The notes beneath the pieces were generated by a model. It saw nothing but the letters and a program-made list of their open reading frames with translations. It was not told where the DNA came from and did not search any database. Both the position numbers and the translations under genes were made by a program. DNA of 64,000 bases from Naegleria gruberi (taxonomy: Eukaryota). The stretch's first letter is position 1, and every line of letters starts with the position of its first letter. The DNA is taken from NCBI GenBank assembly GCA_000004985.1, contig GG738851.1. One strand, written 5' to 3'. Positions 44,041 through 54,219 of this stretch are shown here, piece by piece.

Positions 44041-46485
44041 TCATTTATTGTTGAAAAATTTAAAGAAATTCCAAGATTTGTTGTCTTTACAGTTTTTGTT
44101 AATGTATGTAATTAAATGTTGTTTACCCTTTTCCGTTGCATACTTTTGAACGAATTCTATGGATGCCCCTTTTTTAATGAGATTTTGAGCCCACTCGGCA
44201 CTGCCATTAATATCAGCCACAGTCACCAATGCACTGCTCAACACATTACTTGATAAATTGCAATTATTGAATATCCACTCAAAAATAATAGTATTTCTAT
44301 TCTCAATCGCAATCTCTAAAGGATAACCACAATCAATGCCTTGTTCTTCGTGAAAATGTGGATAGTTATTCGAATACCATTGAATTGCTGGAAGATATTC
44401 AAGGACACAAGCTCTATGAAGAGGACCATCAATATAGTACATGTCTTTTGTTAAGGATATTTTCTGGCCATCTATGTTAATAGTTTCTAATTTTGGAGTT
44501 GACTTCAAGGCATCAATTATTTTTCCATTTTCCTCAATAATAGCAATAAAATACAAGTATTTTAAATTATTTGATAATACTGAATTAGTATTTTTCACAT
44601 TAATATCTTCAAAATATTCCAATAAATTTGAATAATCAACATTGTCCAGTACGTCCAATAACTCTAAAACAGAAAATGATTTTACAGAAAATTCTTTAGC
44701 AATTCTGGTTAAATGTTCTGGTTCTTCTGATTTTTGTTGGTTGTAAGTAGTTGTGGCAATTTCAAACATTTGGTTATCATCCAATAGAGATGCAAAAGTC
44801 ACTTGTCTGATATAATTCTGTTGATATTGTTTTCTACACCAATTGATTCCAATTAGTGTTGTAGTAGAAGGAGCATTTTCAATCTTCAACTGATTCCTTA
44901 TTGAATCCAAGTCTATTGAAGGTCCATCACTAAAGGCAATAAATATAGTCTTTAAATGAGAGGGGAAATAGTTATTTGCTACCTGCAAACATGAATCTAG
45001 TAATGCTGGTTTCGAACAATCAATCAATAATATCATTGCTTTTGCATTTCTCATGTATGTTTCAAAAATAATTTTAAATCTTTCTTGTTCTGCTAAAAAC
45101 CAGCATATAAACTTATGATCAAAGCAACTAACTAACCTAAAATCAACACCAATCAGTGAGTGAGAATTCCTATAAATATTTAACGATTTTGTAATGTTTG
45201 TATGTGCCGGTGATCCATAGAATGTTGCCAAACATAAATGGTACACAGGTAATTCAATTGGCTTTTCGATAATGGTCTGATTTGCTTGTTGAATTAATTG
45301 TTCAATAGAGGGACGATCATTTGGTTGCAAGCTCATCATTTTCAATATTAGCTCAATGAGATGATCAGAATATTTCATACGTTGATATTTTACAAAATAA
45401 TCCTTCAATAACTTTGGATGTTTACACATTGAATTACATAGAGTTGATAAATCACGTGTCATTAAGTAATATAACGTGACACCTAATGCAAAAATGTCAG
45501 ATTGAGTAGAATATGGTTGTTTGATATCCAATATTTCATAATCAATAATTTCAGGTGCTAAATATTTAAATGTCCCACTCAATTGTGAAATTTCTGTTGA
45601 ACTATTGGTGTTAGTTTTTGCAAATCCAAAATCACTCAAACAAACTTGAATATTATCTTGTTTGGTATTAATGGATTTGATTAAAATGTTTGCAGGTTTA
45701 ATATCTTTGTGTATGATATTAAATTTTTGAATATGTTTTAATGCATTTCCCATTTGTTCTATAATTAGTAATATCATTTTTTCAGATGGAATGTTATTTG
45801 GATTTTTAATGAAATAATCGAATAAGTTTCCAAATTCTAAACAATCCATTTCAATACATAAAAAAGATTGATTGTTGCTAATGAAAGCAGTATGCACACG
45901 AATAATATTCTCATGTGATACCTTAACTGTTTGTATAGCCTCATGTAATGCTTGATTCATGTCAAATTCCAAAGATGGATATATTACTTTGACAGCTGCA
46001 ATACTTTGATTTTTTCTTTTCACTTGATAAACAATTCCGAATGCTCCACTTCCTAACTCGTTTATAATTGTTGAGTATCTATTTAATAATTCTTCTTTTA
46101 CATTTTTGCTATTATTATTCAAACTATTAATATTATTATTCAAACTATTAATATTATTATTCAAAGTATTATTATTATTAATATTAATATTATTTGAAGT
46201 ATTAGTAGTAGTTGTTGTATTTTCAAATTTCTTTATATTCTTGATCAAATTACAAATAGAATGAGCATGAATTGGTTTAATACCTAATTGAATAAGAGCC
46301 TGTTCATCGGAATAGAGAAGTGTAAAGCCTGTACATTCTTGTTCAATTAGTACTTATTGAAGTTATTAACTTGGATGAATAATTGTGAAAAACATACTGT
46401 CAACTACACTCTTGGGGCAACCATTCCGAAGTAGCCAATTACCCACCCGTTCTGTTGACCAAGAGGTAAAGTCATTGTCGTCCAT
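44041..46485 (-). CDS. Ser/Thr protein kinase fused to a degenerate Rab-like pseudo-GTPase domain and C-terminal ANK-like region; 2 exons
   Basis: The main exon (44041..46283) has a poly-Asn tract and a kinase domain (LGSGAFGIVYQV...AAVKVI, HKDIKPANILI, DFGFAK, APE). Next is a Rab-like block, HLCLATFYGSPAHTN...SLIGVDFRL...ICWFLAEQERF...MILLIDCS...IFIAFSD, aligning to Rab G1, IGVDF, WDTAGQERF and NKxD with the P-loop and NKxD degenerate. The ORF-table start at 46248 is a TTG. A putative 5' exon (46398..46485) encodes MDDNDFTSWSTERVGNWLLRNGCPKSVVD with a GTATGT donor. A 114-nt intron ends at acceptor AATTAG at 46284-46285. Confidence 0.7.
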
Positions 46486-46644
46486 TAACGTTATTTTTTT
46501 TTTGTAAAGCCAACAAAAAGTTAATTTTCATTCTATTCGAATCCTTAAAAGAAAAGTTAAAGTTTGATCACTCTTAATCATTGTGTTGTTGAAATTATTA
46601 CAATTTTTAGGTAAAGAAGAATCAAGAAATGTTATTACTATTTG

Positions 46645-47788
46645 TTACAAATCAACTCCAGAATAGAATAAAAACTTGTTCAACAATCTCATGTACCAAT
46701 GATCTATCAGAATGTGTTTCTCATTATTAGATGAGAATAATTGCTCACAAATTACTGAAGAAACTTTTTGAGGAGATTGAGCATTGTCCATCATCTTTTT
46801 AGCCACTTGATAGAGTTCCATATAAGGTTTGTAAAATTGTGAGCTTTCACTGAATGGTTTCATATTCAAAATTTGGGTTTTTGCAAATCCTGGCTCAATA
46901 CCTATTTCAATAATTTATAAATCATTGTAAAATTGAATGAAAACTTACAAGTAACTCTCAATCCTTGAATAGATTTGAATTCTCTTCTCAAACCGTCTGA
47001 AAATCCATAAAGTGCAAACTTGGTGGTACTGTAAAATCCAGTAAATTTAACAGCACTGTAACTTGCAGCAGATGCAACATTAATTACAATTCCTTGATTA
47101 GATTTTGAATCGTTCTCTTGGTTGTTTGAAATCATCATTGGGTAAATACATCTCAACATTCTAATAGGTCCTAAAATATTCACTCCAAATACATCCAACA
47201 TTTCAGTTTCGGATAATTCAGCTAATCCTGCTGTGTTTTTTGTTTTTGGTGATGAAGTAATTCCTTAATTAGACCAAATACTTGAGTGATATTCCATTCC
47301 AACAATTGATTTTGAATTAATTTTGCAGTGTTTTCAACCTGTTCATTATTCGTTATATCACATGCAAATAATTTCAACTTTTCACAATTATCCGAAAGTT
47401 CTTGCTCGAAAACTTGTTGCATTTGTGAGAGAGAATAATCAATTACAATAACCTTTGCATTCCATCTCGAACCCAATAATTCTTTAGCAACCAAAGATCC
47501 TTAATTAATTAAATATTTAATTAATATCATTATCATAAATACTTGAAATATATTTAAAAACCTACCAATCCCACCCGAGCCCCCAGTAATTACAATTACT
47601 CTATCCCGAGATGAAATATCACATTTTGGTGAATTCCTTCTCAACATCCAATACAACACTGAGGTTGCAATTGTTGTTCTCCACGGATTTTCCCTCATGA
47701 CATTCCAAATATCTGCTAAATAATGATAAACACCACTATTTAAAAGCCCAGAAATTATTTGTCCACCACCAATATTAAATTTCTCCAT
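46645..47788 (-). CDS. Short-chain dehydrogenase/reductase (SDR) family protein, multi-exon (>=4 exons)
   Basis: Exon 1 (47566..47788) encodes MEKFN...VIVITGGSGGIG, the TGxxxGxG motif, with a GTAGGT donor. A 66-nt intron follows. Exon 2 starts at ~47499 and encodes LVAKELLGSRWNAKVIVIDYS...ACDITN. Exon 3 (ORF 46902..47201) encodes VNILGPIRML...NVASAAS...YSTTKFAL, with the catalytic YxxxK. Exon 4 (ORF 46645..46869) is the C-terminal tail. The internal junctions are approximate. The canonical NNAG motif was not located. Confidence 0.6.
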
Positions 47789-48787
47789 TCGATTTTTCTT
47801 AAATTTTTTTATAATTTTTAATTTCTTTTTAATTTCCAAAAGATAATAATATTTAGGCGCGGTGATGAAAAACCGTAGTGATGAAGAATTATTATCATTG
47901 TAAATACAATTATCTACGTATTTCCTACAGTAATATCCATTTTTTACCTTTCAATACTTTTTCATTACTCTGCTAACTTTGAACTTGAAAAGGGAGTTGA
48001 AATTTCCAAGCAAATGATCCATAATTTCCAGAATCAGAGAATGCACTAGGGTGTGACCTAAATTGTGAATTCCATAGGTGAGATTCAATTACCTTTGGGC
48101 ATTTTTCATGATTTTTTCACACTTGCAAAATTTGTTTGAAGGTGGTGGTTTCGAATAAAACGCAGGACTTCTTTGAATTCATTGAATAACAAATAAAACT
48201 GAATTCTATTCACTACATTAAGCCATTAATAAGAAAAATAAACATAAGGAATAAAAAGACAATCACTAATTTCGGCCCAACACTAAAAAGGCTTTTTGCA
48301 AACCAAATCAGTTTTGTAAACATTGGTTCAGTGAGAAGATACAGTTTTCCTTTACTGCAAAGTTTGCCGCCAATCAAATTTAAAAAATCCGCCAAGGCTT
48401 GTGGTAATATCGACGACGAGTTTATTTTTAAATCTTTGACTGAAAAAAATATCATCACAACTGCTTCTCTGCTACACCAAAATATCCTACGAATTTGAAA
48501 AATCTTTAATATTCATTTTCGAAGGTGCAGAAGATACTTCTAATCATCAACATCACTCTGATTTTTCACATTGAATTATTGTGTGAATTCAAATTTTGAC
48601 TAGCCTAGTCCACCACCTACTAGTAATAACGATCTACCTAGTAGCAAGTGTATACTTTCGGTTATAACCTCAAGACTACCAACCTCCTCTTGCAGAAACA
48701 CAACAGTATATTGTTGACTCCATCTTCTGTCTAGACTTTTTTGCACATCCCTAACTATTTATTCAATATTTAAACAACAACAACAAC

Positions 48788-49765
48788 ATGATGACTATGA
48801 CTACAACTTCTCCACTGATGGTCTCATCAACAACTGCTAGTAATTCAACAACGACGCCAACGTCTGTATCACGTGCAAAAGACATTTCTACAATACCAAC
48901 AACAACAAACGATGATGATAGCCTGCTGTCCAAAAGTCTGGGACACTACAATCCTGCACAAGGAACAAATATGCCTCGTGGATCTTACCATGATATTAAA
49001 TCTAGATATTTCATGTCATTGAATCTGTCCTCACCACATAACACCACTCCCAAAACTCCTCCACAACAAACATCTCCATCCCTCCCAAATTCATCTGGTG
49101 TCATGAATACATCTGGTTCCCTCCTCACTAACAATATCAATAGAACCCAAAGAACGAGTAGCTTATCCTCCCAAATTACCAGACAAACTTCTCCTGGACA
49201 AAAACCTGAATCCAGAGAAAGAAGACAAACTTCCTATGATTTCAACAGACACTCAGAGGCTATTCCAATTCCTAGCAAAATGGCTGTACCAGTAGCTGCT
49301 GAAAGTCTAATGTATAATAATAATGGAACCTATGACCCATCAGTAGTTCCTAGTTTAATGACTGATGATTCAATGCCAATGATGTTCGATGGTGATTTTA
49401 GTTTTACTGATAGTAGCGAGAGTGGTAGTATTGATTTGTCACCTTTTTTCACTTCAAACACTCAATCCAATACTTCGTCCGTTGCTTCTTCCAAACAAAT
49501 TGCTAAACCAGGCAAATCCAATATGAAAGGAAGTGCCTTGAATCCAAATACTACCAAGAAGAGCGTCTCTATTAAGATAGAGACAACAACTTCTGCAGTT
49601 AAGGATTCATCAGTTTCTTCAACGGATTCTTCAGAATCCTCAGAAGAAAGATCCCCTCTCACGCCAAATAGAACTATCATTCCACCTCACTTAATGAACA
49701 ACCGTTCAGATTTCTCATTGTACAGACAACAACAAAAATATAATACTAAAGTTTATAAAATATAA
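48788..49765 (+). CDS. Hypothetical Ser/Thr-rich low-complexity protein (325 aa)
   Basis: ORF with ATG at 48788. It is about 35% Ser/Thr with no recognisable domain. It may be regulatory or intrinsically disordered. Confidence 0.4.
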   Translation: MMTMTTTSPLMVSSTTASNSTTTPTSVSRAKDISTIPTTTNDDDSLLSKSLGHYNPAQGTNMPRGSYHDIKSRYFMSLNLSSPHNTTPKTPPQQTSPSLPNSSGVMNTSGSLLTNNINRTQRTSSLSSQITRQTSPGQKPESRERRQTSYDFNRHSEAIPIPSKMAVPVAAESLMYNNNGTYDPSVVPSLMTDDSMPMMFDGDFSFTDSSESGSIDLSPFFTSNTQSNTSSVASSKQIAKPGKSNMKGSALNPNTTKKSVSIKIETTTSAVKDSSVSSTDSSESSEERSPLTPNRTIIPPHLMNNRSDFSLYRQQQKYNTKVYKI

Positions 49766-49889
49766 ATAAACAGAGAAAAAGATAAATAATGATTCTAACC
49801 ATTGAGCAGTATTAATTCAAACCTAATCTTTCAATAATGATAAAGTGCATTTGTAGATTTAATATTGAATAGTATTACCAAATAAAAAA

Positions 49890-50008
49890 AGACTACAGCA
49901 CCACAGGTTCCCAAGTTGTCTCCAACCTCAGTACTGATGTGGCTCGACGATGCTTAACTTCTCAAATCGGACGGGATGAGGTGCATTCATCGTGATATGG
50001 CCGTAGCC
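49890..50008 (-). rRNA. 5S ribosomal RNA gene, copy 3
   Basis: Identical to copy 2 across the ~119-nt 5S body, with the same conserved 16-bp upstream element and oligo-T terminator. Confidence 0.85.
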
Positions 50009-50282
50009 ATTCACTTTCTTAAAATATGAAACAAAAAGGACAACGGGCCTACTTTCCAAAGGTTACAGGAGATAGAATTCATCTTAGCAACAAACTTCTT
50101 GAGATTTGCTTTTATTAAGAAAGAACGAAATGAGCAAACTTAAAGTTCGGTTGTCAAAACAATTAGATAATTTCCAGAAAAAACAAATCTAGCCAACATA
50201 TTTGATTTTTGGTTGAAACGAACAAGACTGGCGCCAAAAATCCAAACGTTAAGCGTTATTTTATTTTTTCAAACTACGAAAA

Positions 50283-51812
50283 ATGTCTCGAAAAGCCGTT
50301 GAGGATGTCATGAGAATTGAGGTAGAGATTATGGACGCCACCAGAGGCGTTTCAAATGCTCGACCTTCATCCTCTCATCACTCTACTAAAAACACCAACA
50401 ACAATACGAACAACAACAATAATCAACCTACAACAACAAGCTCTTCAAATCAACAAGCACAACAACAAACCGTTAATAATATTAATAATAATACTAACAA
50501 ACCTAAGGTTGTTCCTCCAAGGCTTGATCTGCAGCAACCTAGTATTACAAATCATCCGATTAATAGCAAATTTAATCAGAAATCACCTGTTCGTTCCTCA
50601 CGATCCTACACAAACTCTAATGAAATATATCCACCAATTGCTTCTAATGTAGATATTGTAACAAAAAAGTATACATATAATAGAAATACTAGTTCTACAT
50701 CACTTTTTGATAAAACACAAGCTCAATCAGCTCGTTTAAAAACTAAGGACACATTCAAGTCACCAAGATCAACGTATCAACAACAATCATCAAGACAACA
50801 AACAACCCAAAAAACTTCTCCTTTGAAATCTAGGTCCCCTCCAAAGGAAAGAAAACAATCATCTAGTATTGTATACTCACCACCAAAATCCAGAGATTCT
50901 TCAAGATCTCGGCCTCATTCAAGTCCTCCAGGAAGAAGATCAACAACTCCTAAACCAGTTAGAGATCATCCAAGCCATATAATCAATACAAATGTTCCTC
51001 TTTTCACACCTGGACCAGGAGCATATGAGGTTGATAAATCAAGCAAATACCTAAGACCATCCACTGCTATCTCAATGTCCAGAAATTCAAGATTCAAGGA
51101 AACCAAATTTGAAACACCTAGTCCTCATACCTATAATCCAGAAAAACCTTTGAAGAGGATGCCTTCTCCAAGATTTGGGTCGAGTAAGCGACCTGATTCT
51201 GCCAAGTCTGTCTCACCAGGCCCAATTTATGATGTTAATGATAATGCTCTCTCTAAAGTCAAAAACACACCTAGGTTCTCATTCCCATTATCTCCAAGAG
51301 ATTTGGATGTAGAAAATAGAACACCATCTCCAGGGACTTACTCACCGAATTATTCGGCAACAATGAGAAAGTCTGTAACTGTTGTCTTTCCAAAATCTCC
51401 AAAACAAGAAAGGACAAAATCAACAACACCTGGACCTGGAATTTATGATGTGCCAAGTGGGAACAAACAAAAGAAAGAACCAGCTTTTTCATTTGCAAAA
51501 TCTGAAAGACATTCTGACAAAAAGTCGGTGGTTGATAACCAATATGATGTTGCTTGGTCGTCGTTTTCACCCAAAGGCGTTTCAAAGTTTGGATCAACAA
51601 AACGTTTTTCATCACAGAAAAAGAATGATGTTCCTTTCCACCAAAGTCAGACAGAATGGAAAAAGACTCAGGCGGGTAAGTTTGGTAAGGACAGAAGGGC
51701 ATTAAATGATATTAACTCATCAAAATTAACTCCTGGGCCAGGATATTATCAACCTAATTATACAGTAACTCTTCCTTCATCCTCTAAACCAGTGCTGTAT
51801 CTGACAGGATAA
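50283..51812 (+). CDS. Sperm-tail PG-rich repeat (STPGR / SHIPPO-repeat, ODF3-like) protein, Pro/Ser-rich, 509 aa
   Basis: ATG at 50283. It carries five or more copies of the [ST]PGPG.Y motif: FTPGPGAYEV, SPGPIYDV, TPSPGTYSPNY, TPGPGIYDVPS, TPGPGYYQPNY. The N-terminal region has poly-N/Q low complexity. Confidence 0.65.
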   Translation: MSRKAVEDVMRIEVEIMDATRGVSNARPSSSHHSTKNTNNNTNNNNNQPTTTSSSNQQAQQQTVNNINNNTNKPKVVPPRLDLQQPSITNHPINSKFNQKSPVRSSRSYTNSNEIYPPIASNVDIVTKKYTYNRNTSSTSLFDKTQAQSARLKTKDTFKSPRSTYQQQSSRQQTTQKTSPLKSRSPPKERKQSSSIVYSPPKSRDSSRSRPHSSPPGRRSTTPKPVRDHPSHIINTNVPLFTPGPGAYEVDKSSKYLRPSTAISMSRNSRFKETKFETPSPHTYNPEKPLKRMPSPRFGSSKRPDSAKSVSPGPIYDVNDNALSKVKNTPRFSFPLSPRDLDVENRTPSPGTYSPNYSATMRKSVTVVFPKSPKQERTKSTTPGPGIYDVPSGNKQKKEPAFSFAKSERHSDKKSVVDNQYDVAWSSFSPKGVSKFGSTKRFSSQKKNDVPFHQSQTEWKKTQAGKFGKDRRALNDINSSKLTPGPGYYQPNYTVTLPSSSKPVLYLTG

Positions 51813-51895
51813 ATGTAATACTAAATAGCTCAATAAATTATTCAAGAATCTAGATTTTTAAAATGTTTGAAATAATTTAAATTGTCAATAGTTTA

Positions 51896-53458
51896 TTAGT
51901 TTTGTTGCTTATAGATATCAGATGTGTCTCTCAACCAAAAAACATCATGAGTATCTACAGAGGTTTTGTAGAGTATTGCGTCTTGTCCTTGTGTAAGATT
52001 TGGTTTATAAACTCCTCTAAAGGCAACTGACATGTTATCACAAATTATGATATCTCCTTGCCTCCATTTATGTCTGAAAATTGGACCATTATCTAAATGA
52101 TTAATAAGACATTGATTGAATTGTTTACAACATGAACAACCCATTGTCTTAATCTTTGTTTCAGGCAAATTAATAGTATTGTTAATATCTGAAGGTGGTA
52201 ATTCACAAGTTTGACCAGAATTACACTCATCTGAGGATACCAAAAACCCTGAAAGAAGGCCAGTGTGCAAATACAAACTTTTCTTGGTTGTTACAGGGTG
52301 TTTTCTAACCAAAGGTTGAATAGCCGTACTTGTTGGTCCTTTGACAATACTGAAAACTTTGCCAGTCTTTTCCTTGACCTTGTCTTCCATTCTTTCATAT
52401 GCCAGTTGTAGGTCAGTAAACAAAATTTCCTCTTCCTTATTACAGAAAGCTGCATTCCAAACTGTAATAGGAGTAGGATGAACCTCATGACGATATGACC
52501 CATCACAATTCCAATAAAAGAAATTGCCTGCAGCAAATGTTGGTTTGTCAATGTTATAAGTTGTCACATTTGGTGGGTTATTAACAAAGGAAGAAGGAGA
52601 CATTGGCATTGGAGAAAAGGCAGAATCTGATTTCATTGGAGAGTATGGTGTTTGATATTGCATTTGATTTTGATTTGGCATTTGATTTTGGTAAGGTTGA
52701 ACGCTTTGGGAAGATGGTGAGTAACTTTGATAATTAGAAGTGAATGAGGATTGGAATGAAGAACCATAGTTTTGATTTTGGTAAGAAGGAGGCGAGTTAA
52801 ACTTTTGAGGAGAATTGTACATATTTTGTTGTGGAAGTTGTTGTGGGAGTTGTTGTGGTATTTGATATGGTGAATATTGTTGCATTTGAGTGTTACTATT
52901 TGGAGGTTGAGGAGAAATATTAGAAGGTTGAGGAGAAACAGGGCAAGCTGACATTAATGCACATTTCGATAACACTCTTTGATTTGCAAGAGAATATGAT
53001 GATGAAACTACTTTCCAAATATCAGGATGTCCAGGAATAATAGTGTCCAGCTCATCATTCCAAATTTTCTCATACTGATTCACAGGATATGGATATCTAC
53101 AAGTTTCTCCAAAAAGTTTTTCACAAAATTGTGTCTGTTCTTTTGGTGAAAGTGGTTTCTGACATCTGAAAAGCAGTAAATGGTGTTCAACCAAAGCTCT
53201 TCTAATTTCAATTATTTCATTATCATTCAAATTAGCACCGCCACAAGTAATATCAACATTCAAAATCTCTCTTCCGAATGGTAATGCTTGTGGATAATTT
53301 GAAGATATTATACTACTAGGATTTGAATTACAGCAACCAGAACCACTAGGAGTAGTACCAGGTGAGCCGTATAATTTTCTATATTGAATTCTACTCTTAC
53401 CATCTTGTTTGTTAAAGATGGATGAAAGTGAACAAAAGCACTGTCCAAGGCAAGGCAT
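51896..53458 (-). CDS. TauD/TfdA-family (2-oxoglutarate/Fe(II) dioxygenase fold) protein lacking both iron-ligand histidines; contains long Q/P/S-rich insert
   Basis: 520 aa with ATG at 53456-53458. GREILNVDITCGGANLNDNEIIEIRRALVEHHLLLFRCQKPLSPKEQTQFCEKLFGE resembles the TauD N-terminus. WNCDGSY...TPITVWNAAF...ILFTDLQLAYERM aligns to TauD WHTDVTF...GGDTLW...AYEAL, placing Asn at the first iron-ligand His (H to N). FRHKWRQGDIIICDNMSVAFRG aligns to YRHEWQPGDLVIWDNRATMHRA, placing Phe at the second iron-ligand His (H to F). Confidence 0.55.
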   Translation of the reverse strand: MPCLGQCFCSLSSIFNKQDGKSRIQYRKLYGSPGTTPSGSGCCNSNPSSIISSNYPQALPFGREILNVDITCGGANLNDNEIIEIRRALVEHHLLLFRCQKPLSPKEQTQFCEKLFGETCRYPYPVNQYEKIWNDELDTIIPGHPDIWKVVSSSYSLANQRVLSKCALMSACPVSPQPSNISPQPPNSNTQMQQYSPYQIPQQLPQQLPQQNMYNSPQKFNSPPSYQNQNYGSSFQSSFTSNYQSYSPSSQSVQPYQNQMPNQNQMQYQTPYSPMKSDSAFSPMPMSPSSFVNNPPNVTTYNIDKPTFAAGNFFYWNCDGSYRHEVHPTPITVWNAAFCNKEEEILFTDLQLAYERMEDKVKEKTGKVFSIVKGPTSTAIQPLVRKHPVTTKKSLYLHTGLLSGFLVSSDECNSGQTCELPPSDINNTINLPETKIKTMGCSCCKQFNQCLINHLDNGPIFRHKWRQGDIIICDNMSVAFRGVYKPNLTQGQDAILYKTSVDTHDVFWLRDTSDIYKQQN

Positions 53459-54219
53459 TTTCCAACTTGTTATATGTTGTTAATTGTTAATCTAGAGCAA
53501 GCCTTTAAAGTCAAATAAAGGCTACAATGATAATAATAATACTATAGTTTGGTGATGAATAAAGTTAAAATGTGATAATTCCAACTGAAAAAACAACACG
53601 TAGTTTGATGATGAGCACTATTCGATGATTCAACTTCAAGAAGAAACACTTGTGAGTTGAGAGAAGATTTAAAGGCGTTTTGTATCTTTTTTTTAATGAT
53701 AAAATAGCATAGAGCCATCGCTCAAACGGTCCGCACGAAGTTTGTACAAATGCGCAAGAAAGCACAAACTTTACACGCGTACCAACAGCACAGGCAGAGA
53801 GAGAAATGGCGCAATCCTAATATTGTGCTGCCTTTGAAAGGCATTAAAATCAAGAATTTCATAACAACAGGGTATTGAATGTAGGAAGAAAAGAGGAGGA
53901 ATAATGTGTAGTGACAAGTGTGATTTTCTCATTAATAGTCTCAAGTGGAGGAGGAAATGGAGTTGAGGAGTATACATTTCTCGCAGTGCAAAATCAAGGA
54001 GAGAAAATATTGAGATTGTACAACCTGTGGAAAATTCATGAACCTTTTACTGGATAATTGATGTATTAAATTGAGAGCGCGAGTATTAATTCAATTCTAG
54101 AACAAATGTTTACAACAGGATATTGGAACCAAATAGAGGATAGTACTATAAAAGAATCTTCTATTACAAACTATTGAGATCGAGTATTATTGATTTCATT
54201 ATTGAAATAGTATACATGT

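Noticed and set aside
47851-47960. Possible box C/D snoRNA (two TGATGA boxes in GCGCGGTGATGAAAAACCGTAGTGATGAAG)
   Set aside because: No downstream box D (CTGA) with a complementary terminal stem was found. The element lies within 60-100 bp of the SDR gene start and is more simply promoter or 5'UTR.
48213-48458. 81-aa minus-strand ORF in the 950-bp intergenic region
   Set aside because: It is short and hydrophobic, has no motif or paralog support and sits in AT-rich spacer. It is not reportable without expression data.
1328-50008. 5S copies as a tRNA/5S-derived SINE or retrotransposon
   Set aside because: The flanks of the three copies share no similarity beyond 16 bp upstream and the oligo-T terminator. 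There are no target-site duplications and no poly-A tails. These look like bona fide genes, not mobile elements.
53700-53830. U6 snRNA
   Set aside because: There is only weak local resemblance (TTCGTG...CGTT). The invariant ACAGAGA and AGC boxes are absent.
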